DNA of 33,363 nt from Candidatus Thorarchaeota archaeon. Lineage in GTDB: Archaea; Asgardarchaeota; Thorarchaeia; Thorarchaeales; Thorarchaeaceae. Shown here in pieces: positions 26,227 to 33,363 of this stretch (positions are counted from its first letter, which is position 1; every line of letters starts with the position of its first letter). The translations under genes were made by a program, and so were the position numbers. Where the stretch lies: NCBI GenBank assembly GCA_048882045.1, contig JBHLRZ010000005.1, positions 119,273-152,635 of the forward strand. The letters are read 5' to 3'. The notes beneath the pieces are model-generated. The model worked only from the letters and a program-made list of their open reading frames with translations. It was not told where the DNA came from and made no database searches.

Positions 26227-29200
26227 TTGAGAGAGAAGAAATTGATATTCATAGTCTTTGTATTCGTTGTATGTATACTGTTTTCAATGCCTTTACTGAC
26301 GACAACAGATAATCCTGAAGGATCAACTTATGATATATCGAACAATGAAGCACCAGAAATGAACGAATCTTTTGATATATCGCATACCAACGCTGTTACT
26401 TATACAATCTATCAAACAATTGCTGGTGCATGTACCAATTTCCCAAACATGCAAGATTTGTCGACATCTACTTATGCTACACTCACAGAATCTCCCATAC
26501 CATTCAATTGTCACTATGAACAGCAGTTTCAATTCACAGGTGTCAACTCTGGAAATAATTACAAGCGTCTATTTATCAACTGGAGATCTATGAATGAAGA
26601 AATGAATATAGAAGTATTCACTGGCTCCACTTGGGTATTGATCGCCTTACAATCTATTTCGACTGGAACTTATTCCTATGATGTTTCTCCATATATCGGT
26701 TCATCCTCTAGCTTTTTGATTCGACTCCGGGCTGCCAATCCATTGTTTTGCGGCACATGGACTATTTATGACATGTACTTGCAGAGTAATGAGGCTGCAC
26801 TAGCTTCCATCAACACAGCAATCCCAAGCACTATCTATGCAGATACATCATTCATTTTCAGAACAAATCACTATGATATTGATGGTCAGAGTGATGTTGC
26901 GGGATCTAATTGTTATGGGGCAATTGGAGATGGCACTGATATGATTCGGTTCTATACAACTGGGGGAACTGGAGCTAGACTTGTGACCGTGTATCAAGGA
27001 TCAGCTAGTGTCAGTTGTACTGGTGTCTCTATCACCAATGGGTATCAAATGACATGGACAGTCACCATCCCCTCAAGTTGGAGTCACCACGCAGCCACCA
27101 TTGACACTTGGGCATTTACTTACGATGATCATGGGGCTGGCAGTGGCTGGCAGACACATAACACCAACTCCCTTTTCGATCATTATCCTCAGGCTTCGAT
27201 CTTGGCAGCTGTACCAACCATCATGTATGCAGACACACAATTCTCATTCACGACAACACATACAGATCTTGATGGTCAGAGTGATGTTGCGGGATCTAAT
27301 TGTTATGGGGCAATTGGAGATGGCACTGATATGATTCGGTTTTATGCAACTGGGGGAACTGGGTCTAGGCCTGTGACTGTGTATCAAGGTTCGGCCAGCG
27401 TCAGTTGTACTGGTGCTTCTATCGCCAATGGGTATCAGATGACATGGACAGTCACCATCCCCTCAAGTTGGAGTCACCACGCAGCCACCATTGACACTTG
27501 GGCACTTACTTACGATGATCATGGAGTTAACAGTGGTTGGCAGACACATAACACCAATTCCCTTTTTGATCATTATCCTCAAGCTTCTATCGTCACAGCT
27601 GTTCCATCCTATGTATACGCTGGTGTTCCATTTTCTTTAATCACAAACCACGTTGATATTGATGGAGCTAGTGATCTCCAGTTCTGCTATGTGGGTATAG
27701 GTGATGCAAACGATGACATCCGATTCTATGTCACTCCAGGAGTAGGGTCTCTAACCATTAACTGGCAATATGGAAGTGAATGGGTAATGAGCGCGAGTTG
27801 TACAGGAAGCTCAATCACCAATGGTTTTCAATTGACAACGACATTGACTCTTGACTGGGATTGGGACCACGAATTAGATGTTGACACTCATGCTCAATCC
27901 ATCGATGACTACTCTGGTTCCAGTTCATGGGCATTTGATAACACGAATGGTCATTACGAGAATGATCTCGAGGTGACTTCCTTCCAAGTATCTATCAACT
28001 CAGAAAATGATGCAAACCACAATGGAATTATTGATTTTGCAGAGTGGTTCAAAGGTGGGGTCCAAGTCACTGCTTCTGGCACTGTGATGTATGAGGGTTC
28101 TTTACAGTCTTTTGACTCTGGCTACGCATCTGGGGTGGAAATTCAATTATTTTATGACATAGATCACGATGGCATTCTCGATGACTTAGGTGACTCTTAT
28201 AGAGATACTACAATCTTCTCTGGTTCCTTTTCCTCCATCTTTTACACACCCTCAGCTGGATTTTATGACGCACAAGTAAATGCTCATTTTGATGTAGCAA
28301 TTCAAGGAAGGCCCAGTGGATGTTCTGATGTTACTAGCCCGAGTATCGAGATTACTTCCAAACGCGACAACTCACCGCCTACTACCACGTGGGCGTTTAT
28401 CCTAGACTCGAGCAGTGGAGGGTTGTACGCGCCAATTTACCACTATGATGATGACACGACAATAGATTTCGCCGCTTCAGGATCTGTTGATTCTGCTGGT
28501 GTGGGATTGCACATGTTAGCATATTGCTACAAACTGGATTCGGGTTCATGGAGCTCATGGGTAAGTTCTAGCATCTATGAACTTACTGCAACTGAGGGTA
28601 ATCACACCGCCTACTGTCGAATTCGAGATGAAGTCAACAACTTCGTTGACTATATTGATTGGGGGATTGTTGACACAACAGTCCCAGATTTGGACTCACC
28701 TGATGATTTCACATATGAACAGGGGACGAGTGGACACGGTATCTCATGGGCAATCGGTGACTCCAATCCTTACCAATACCAAATCGATGGCAATGGTTCC
28801 ACAATAGGTCTGACTCATTGGTCTAATGGAACGATTGATTTCAATGTAGATGGATTCACACCAAATGTATACAATTTCACAATCACTGTGATTGACTCAG
28901 CTGGTAACGTAGGAAAAGACACAGTGTTCATAACCGTGGAAGATACCTCAGCACCAGATCTAGATAGCCCCGATGATTTCTCCTATGAACAGGGGACCAT
29001 TGGACACAGTATCTCATGGACATTAGGGGACATTAACCCGTATCAATACAGAGTCGATGGGAACGGAACTACATTGGATTTCACACCATGGACCAATGGA
29101 ACCGTGATCATCGATGTCGATGGGCTCGCTCCGGGTGTCTACAACTACACTATTACAGTGACTGACCTATATGGTAACACAGCAAAGGACACAGTCTATG

Positions 29201-29370
29201 TTACAGTTACAAGCACAACAACCACGACGACTACGCCTACAACGACCTCAACAGTATCACCAACCACTGGTGAGGAAAGTCCTTTCCCCATGCTGGTCCT
29301 CCTTAGCATCAGTGGTGCTATAGTAGCTGCAATTGGATTGTTAATCCTCTTTGTCAGAAGGAAGTCCTAG
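26227..29370 (+). CDS. Large secreted surface protein with three 130-aa repeats, Ca-binding-like loops, Ig-like repeats, a Thr linker and a TM anchor
   Basis: AGGAGG RBS before TTG; signal peptide; internal repeats; two PDLDSPDDF.YEQGT.GH.ISW Ig units; TM + RRKS. Confidence 0.8.
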   Translation: MREKKLIFIVFVFVVCILFSMPLLTTTDNPEGSTYDISNNEAPEMNESFDISHTNAVTYTIYQTIAGACTNFPNMQDLSTSTYATLTESPIPFNCHYEQQFQFTGVNSGNNYKRLFINWRSMNEEMNIEVFTGSTWVLIALQSISTGTYSYDVSPYIGSSSSFLIRLRAANPLFCGTWTIYDMYLQSNEAALASINTAIPSTIYADTSFIFRTNHYDIDGQSDVAGSNCYGAIGDGTDMIRFYTTGGTGARLVTVYQGSASVSCTGVSITNGYQMTWTVTIPSSWSHHAATIDTWAFTYDDHGAGSGWQTHNTNSLFDHYPQASILAAVPTIMYADTQFSFTTTHTDLDGQSDVAGSNCYGAIGDGTDMIRFYATGGTGSRPVTVYQGSASVSCTGASIANGYQMTWTVTIPSSWSHHAATIDTWALTYDDHGVNSGWQTHNTNSLFDHYPQASIVTAVPSYVYAGVPFSLITNHVDIDGASDLQFCYVGIGDANDDIRFYVTPGVGSLTINWQYGSEWVMSASCTGSSITNGFQLTTTLTLDWDWDHELDVDTHAQSIDDYSGSSSWAFDNTNGHYENDLEVTSFQVSINSENDANHNGIIDFAEWFKGGVQVTASGTVMYEGSLQSFDSGYASGVEIQLFYDIDHDGILDDLGDSYRDTTIFSGSFSSIFYTPSAGFYDAQVNAHFDVAIQGRPSGCSDVTSPSIEITSKRDNSPPTTTWAFILDSSSGGLYAPIYHYDDDTTIDFAASGSVDSAGVGLHMLAYCYKLDSGSWSSWVSSSIYELTATEGNHTAYCRIRDEVNNFVDYIDWGIVDTTVPDLDSPDDFTYEQGTSGHGISWAIGDSNPYQYQIDGNGSTIGLTHWSNGTIDFNVDGFTPNVYNFTITVIDSAGNVGKDTVFITVEDTSAPDLDSPDDFSYEQGTIGHSISWTLGDINPYQYRVDGNGTTLDFTPWTNGTVIIDVDGLAPGVYNYTITVTDLYGNTAKDTVYVTVTSTTTTTTTPTTTSTVSPTTGEESPFPMLVLLSISGAIVAAIGLLILFVRRKS
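26803..27970 (+). repeat. Intragenic 390-bp tandem repeat: two near-identical copies and one diverged copy
   Basis: GATGGTCAGAGTGATGTTGCGGGATCTAAT... at 26881 and 27271; unit starts at 26803, 27193 and 27583. Confidence 0.93.
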
Positions 29371-29401
29371 AGATTTCCCATATTCAGAACGAACCCTCAG
29401 A

Positions 29402-30427
29402 TCACATCTCAGGTTTGTCGTTGACTAGAACTATTCGATAACGAGCCTTATTCTCCTTCACCTTCCGAAGCGCATCATTCACTTCTGACATGGGCATCAA
29501 CTCTACCTTCGGCTTGATCCCATTCCCATGTGCGAATGAGAGCATCTCCCGCATTGTGGCACGATTGCCTATGAAGGAACCTATGAGCGACAGTTGGTGC
29601 GCTACTAGATCTGTTGAATTGAACTCAACATCCGGGAAACCAACTAGGACAAATTTCCCGTTTTTCTTCAAAATATTCAACAGTGGCTGCCAATTGATTT
29701 TGGCACTTGCAGTGCATAACAAGAGGTCAAAGCTGAACTCAGCCTGATCCAGGCTAACTTCGTCATTCGAGTCAAGGAAGTGGTCTGCCCCAAAGTCAAG
29801 CGCTTGTTTCTTCTTCTCTGGAGAGGAGGAAATTGCAGTGACTTCATAGTTCAGGGCGTGTGCGAATTGCAATGCTAGGTGACCTAAGCCTCCGACGCCA
29901 ATGATACCAATCTTCTGCTTCTTTTGGGACTCATATGAGCGGAGTGGTGAATAGACTGTGATCCCAGCGCACATGAGCACAGCAGCCACCTCGGAGGGCA
30001 TGGATTCTGGCAATGGGTAGGCAAATCCACTATCCACTTTCACAGAAGAGGCGAACCCGCCATAGGGGGCCCATGTTCCTGAGGGAACTATATCCATGCA
30101 GAGTTGTTCTTCACCCTGGAGGCACCACTCACATTTCTTGCAAGACCTACCCTGCCACCCGATGCCGACCCGGTCTCCTACCTTCAAATCAGATACCGCT
30201 GGACCTACGGCTGAAACATGGCCAACGATTTCGTGACCAGGGACAAAGGGAAATGCGGTTATTCCGTAATAGTTCTCAATTGCGTGGATATCGGTATGGC
30301 ACACACCGCAGTGCGTGACTGAGACCCTGACATCATTCTCTCCCAGTTTGGGTGGTTCGTAAGTGAATGACTCGAGTGGCTGATTCACTCCTTTTGCTGC
30401 GTAGCCAGAGACCTTCTTGGAAGACAT
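29402..30427 (-). CDS. Zn-dependent NAD(P)H alcohol dehydrogenase / aldehyde reductase (CAD/Ahr-like, MDR family)
   Basis: CGVCHTD, PGHE, structural CKKCEWC..C, LMCAGITVYSPL, GVGGLGHLA, KARYRIVL. Confidence 0.95.
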   Translation of the reverse strand: MSSKKVSGYAAKGVNQPLESFTYEPPKLGENDVRVSVTHCGVCHTDIHAIENYYGITAFPFVPGHEIVGHVSAVGPAVSDLKVGDRVGIGWQGRSCKKCEWCLQGEEQLCMDIVPSGTWAPYGGFASSVKVDSGFAYPLPESMPSEVAAVLMCAGITVYSPLRSYESQKKQKIGIIGVGGLGHLALQFAHALNYEVTAISSSPEKKKQALDFGADHFLDSNDEVSLDQAEFSFDLLLCTASAKINWQPLLNILKKNGKFVLVGFPDVEFNSTDLVAHQLSLIGSFIGNRATMREMLSFAHGNGIKPKVELMPMSEVNDALRKVKENKARYRIVLVNDKPEM

Positions 30428-30536
30428 ATTATACTCCTCTCCTGTTCAGAATAATATTCGATTCCTTTTAGACAAGGAAGGATGAAGTTGTAATATCTCT
30501 CCCTTGTATAATAATTCTCTTAATAGAATCCTGAAT

Positions 30537-32027
30537 CTATCTCTTTGATCGTTTCACCACAGCCGCAATTATACCAAGTAAGCAATATAGTATCATGATT
30601 ATCACGGGCACGATTTCATCCAGAATTGAGGCACCGTAGAATGCCACAGCTCTTGATGCTTCCACATAGTAAGTGAGCGGAAAGAAGTACGGGATCATGG
30701 CGATGTATGATGGCATTTGACTCAATGGGAATAAGAGCCCGGATAAGAACATCTGTGGGAGGATGAATACGAGCATGAGCTGTATAACCTGCAGTTCATT
30801 CTTCATCCGAACAGAAATTGCCAGTGCAAGAGTGACAGATCCTATTGCCAGTAGAATAACTAATGGGATCAACACTAAGATGGATGAAAGTATTGTTGGG
30901 GCGATGTAGATTATTACGATGCTAATGACCATTGTCTGAACTAGGAGAACTCCAATGAACGCTACTGCGTACCCGAGTACTATCTCGAGATCCGACAGAG
31001 GTGTACTTTGCATTCTCTCCAAGGTGCCTTGTTGCCTCTCTCGTAAGAAGAAGATTCCTGGAATCAGAAAACCAAAGAATACACTCATGAAACCAATGAT
31101 TGCTGGACCCATGATTTCTATCATCGACATTCCAGCTTCTCCATAGACATATGTAAGATCTATACTGGTCTCACTCTCACGGCCAAATGCCTGCGAGATG
31201 GATTCAGAGAGTGACATCTGTATTGCTGATAATGCTGAAGCCGCTTCTGCAGTTTGTATACCATTTATGAAAAGTTCAATGGGTTGCTCTTCACCATGGA
31301 TCGTAGCTTGCGTGAAATTAACACCTACATAGAGACCTGCTACTACTGTTCTACTTTCTAGTAGTTGATTGACTTCATCACGACTGTCACAAATGGTGAC
31401 AGATACGTTACCATTTTCTAGTAATTTCTCTTCAAAGATATCACCGATGATTGTTGTGAATCCCACATCTTCATTGACAAGAGAGAGGTTGAATGAGAGG
31501 TCAAAGGGACTTGGTGGCAATGGTACTATGAATGTGATATTACGCTGCATATCCATGCCCCCACCTCCGAATACTTCACTGGTAGCCTCTGTAGTGACAT
31601 TTCCTATTATCGCCTGAATAAAATTGGCTTCAACCTCACTAGTCACATTAACATGCAATTCGATGGTGACATTTCCGCCTGTTAGAAGCCCCTCTGTAAA
31701 ATCAAAGGGTAATATGAGGACTGCTTGTACGGAGGTTCCAAATTCATCAAACGCATTAGAACGGGTCCTCTCAAAGACTGTGACATTCTCGTTTTCCTCG
31801 AATAGAGATAATGCAGTGTTTCCGAGACTATCTTCAAGTGGAGTGTCTTGTATACACACAGCTGTTGGGACATTTGCAACATCTCCTGCCAGAATGAATG
31901 ACCACATGAATGTGACTAGGAGTGGTGCAAGAACTGTTAGAGCAAGAGTTGGACGGTCTCGACGAATTTGACGGAAGATTCTCCGTATCATTGTGCCAAC
32001 TCGGTGAGTGCTGATATTGTATCTCAT
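30537..32027 (-). CDS. ABC-2 type exporter permease with a duplicated extracellular domain
   Basis: QIRRD..TL.L....P; RERQQGTLER..STP; PQMFLSGLLFP...MP; PLTYYVEA. Confidence 0.92.
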   Translation of the reverse strand: MRYNISTHRVGTMIRRIFRQIRRDRPTLALTVLAPLLVTFMWSFILAGDVANVPTAVCIQDTPLEDSLGNTALSLFEENENVTVFERTRSNAFDEFGTSVQAVLILPFDFTEGLLTGGNVTIELHVNVTSEVEANFIQAIIGNVTTEATSEVFGGGGMDMQRNITFIVPLPPSPFDLSFNLSLVNEDVGFTTIIGDIFEEKLLENGNVSVTICDSRDEVNQLLESRTVVAGLYVGVNFTQATIHGEEQPIELFINGIQTAEAASALSAIQMSLSESISQAFGRESETSIDLTYVYGEAGMSMIEIMGPAIIGFMSVFFGFLIPGIFFLRERQQGTLERMQSTPLSDLEIVLGYAVAFIGVLLVQTMVISIVIIYIAPTILSSILVLIPLVILLAIGSVTLALAISVRMKNELQVIQLMLVFILPQMFLSGLLFPLSQMPSYIAMIPYFFPLTYYVEASRAVAFYGASILDEIVPVIIMILYCLLGIIAAVVKRSKR

Positions 32028-33037
32028 TGTCTTGACCTCCTGACATAATACGCGAACGCTTCCTCAAGCCCAGGTTGCTTTACAACAAGATCCTTCACTT
32101 GGAAATTAGCTCGTGTTAAGGCCTGAAACACTTTGAATTTGACATCACTATCTGCTGATTTTACAGCGAATCGGTTCTCTTTGACTTCCACGGGTGCTAT
32201 ATGCTCTAAGATGCTCTTGAGTTGAGTAGAATAATTGAAATCAAAAGTACCTGTAATTGTACTCTCTAGAGGGAGTGAGCCAATTAGGTCATCTGGATGA
32301 CCATGTGCAATTAATTTTCCTTCAAAGATCATAGCAACATTATCGCATCTCGTTGCTTCATCGAGATAATGTGTTGTCATAACTATCGTTTTACCTTTAT
32401 TAGCGAGATTATGGAAATGCTCCCAGAATTCCATTCTCAATTCTGGACTGACCCCGACGGTTGGTTCGTCAAGGAATATTACTTCAGGATCATGAGCTAT
32501 TGCGCAAGCAAGACTGACTCGCTGAATTGTTCCACCACTGAGCACATCCACCGTTCGATCTAGTGATTCGGTGATCCGAGTGAGTCTCGCCGCCTCCTCA
32601 CCCAACTGCTTTCTTCTCTGAGTATCCTTAACTCCATAGCACGCTGAAAAGAAATCGATGTTTTGTCGGGCTGTCAAATCTGGGTAGAGGGATTTGAGCT
32701 GGGTCATATATCCTGTACGGGACCGTTCTTCAGTGGAGAGACGATTTGACTCTGTATCTCCAATGTAACACGTTCCACTTGTTGGTTGTAGAATACCTAT
32801 CATCATTCGCACAAGGGTTGTCTTCCCAGCGCCATTTGGCCCGACCATACCAAGAATCGTACCCTTGGGAACGTCAAGTGAGATATTGTCTACCGCAACG
32901 ATGTCTTCGAATCGTTTTGTCACATTGACAGCTCGAATCAATTTCTGATCCTCCAGATGTCCTTCTAATCGATTCTTTGATATACAATCTCTCTTATTGA
33001 TTTTTTGTAAGTGATTACTAACATAAATTTTAAACAA
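32024..33037 (-). CDS. ABC transporter ATP-binding protein
   Basis: GPNGAGKTT, LSGG, IFLDEPT, TTH; true start probably downstream (about 32956); ATGA overlap with the permease. Confidence 0.93.
   Translation of the reverse strand: MFKIYVSNHLQKINKRDCISKNRLEGHLEDQKLIRAVNVTKRFEDIVAVDNISLDVPKGTILGMVGPNGAGKTTLVRMMIGILQPTSGTCYIGDTESNRLSTEERSRTGYMTQLKSLYPDLTARQNIDFFSACYGVKDTQRRKQLGEEAARLTRITESLDRTVDVLSGGTIQRVSLACAIAHDPEVIFLDEPTVGVSPELRMEFWEHFHNLANKGKTIVMTTHYLDEATRCDNVAMIFEGKLIAHGHPDDLIGSLPLESTITGTFDFNYSTQLKSILEHIAPVEVKENRFAVKSADSDVKFKVFQALTRANFQVKDLVVKQPGLEEAFAYYVRRSRQ
33006..33023. promoter_or_regulatory. Putative TetR operator
   Basis: Imperfect palindrome TGTAAGT-gatt-ACTAACA in the AT-rich region between divergent ABC and tetR genes. 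Confidence 0.55.
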
Positions 33038-33067
33038 ACTTGTTCAGTTAATTTCATGGTCATAATC

Positions 33068-33363
33068 ATGCCAAAGGTACTCGATGACGAACAGATTTAC
33101 CGTGCTGTGATTCAAACCGTATCAGAAAACGGGTATACTGGATCTACAACCAAAGAAATGGCTGCTGCTGCTGGTATTAGTGAAGTAACTCTGTTCAGAA
33201 AGTATGGAAGCAAAGAAAACTTGGTCAAAGCTTCAATTTCCTTTATTGTTGGACAAGTGGATCTAAAATCTGCCAGCCAATACACTGGTGATGTCCATGC
33301 TGATTTGACTAGGATGGTGAAGATATACCATGATTTTGCTATCGAGTACGGCGATTTCTTTTC
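33068..33363 (+). CDS. TetR/AcrR family transcriptional regulator (partial, runs off the window edge)
   Basis: Not in the ORF track. Manual translation MPKVLDDEQIYRAVIQTVSENGYTGSTTKEMAAAAGISEVTLFRKYGSKENL is a TetR HTH. Confidence 0.92.
   Translation, partial: MPKVLDDEQIYRAVIQTVSENGYTGSTTKEMAAAAGISEVTLFRKYGSKENLVKASISFIVGQVDLKSASQYTGDVHADLTRMVKIYHDFAIEYGDFF

Noticed and set aside
30296-30310. CGVCH as a heme c binding motif serving CcdA/TlpA
   Set aside because: It is the catalytic Zn region of a cytoplasmic MDR dehydrogenase with no signal peptide.

Overview
Gene-dense archaeal window, most likely from an Asgard archaeon of the Thorarchaeota type. This is an inference from TATA-like promoters, GGAGGTGA ribosome-binding sites, a single-domain cofE, a 24-aa LRR protein and Ig-repeat surface proteins with a C-terminal TM anchor; no marker gene is present. 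I found no rRNA, tRNA, CRISPR array or transposase. From left to right: (1) a membrane-stress-like cluster (partial (HDLD)n membrane protein, HAAS-type membrane protein, PadR, YbjN-like protein, bacterial PH-domain protein); (2) four large secreted, C-terminally anchored surface proteins spread through the window; (3) a PadR with a Cys/His coiled-coil tail, a small free-standing copy of that tail, and three ATGT-N8-ACAT-type boxes over its promoter; (4) TlpA+CcdA and an S9 peptidase; (5) an ECF S-component directly upstream of cofE; (6) a methyltransferase and adenine deaminase; (7) two paralogous Zn-ribbon/B-box membrane proteins; (8) a CYSTM-like microprotein, a VIT1/CCC1 protein and a D-cysteine desulfhydrase-like enzyme; (9) a Zn alcohol dehydrogenase, an ABC-2 exporter and a divergent partial TetR. 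The best candidates for undescribed systems are ECF-S/cofE (deazaflavin salvage), the PadR/free-tail switch, the CYSTM-like microprotein, the B-box pair and the PSP-like cluster. All family calls come from recognising motifs by eye; no searches were run.
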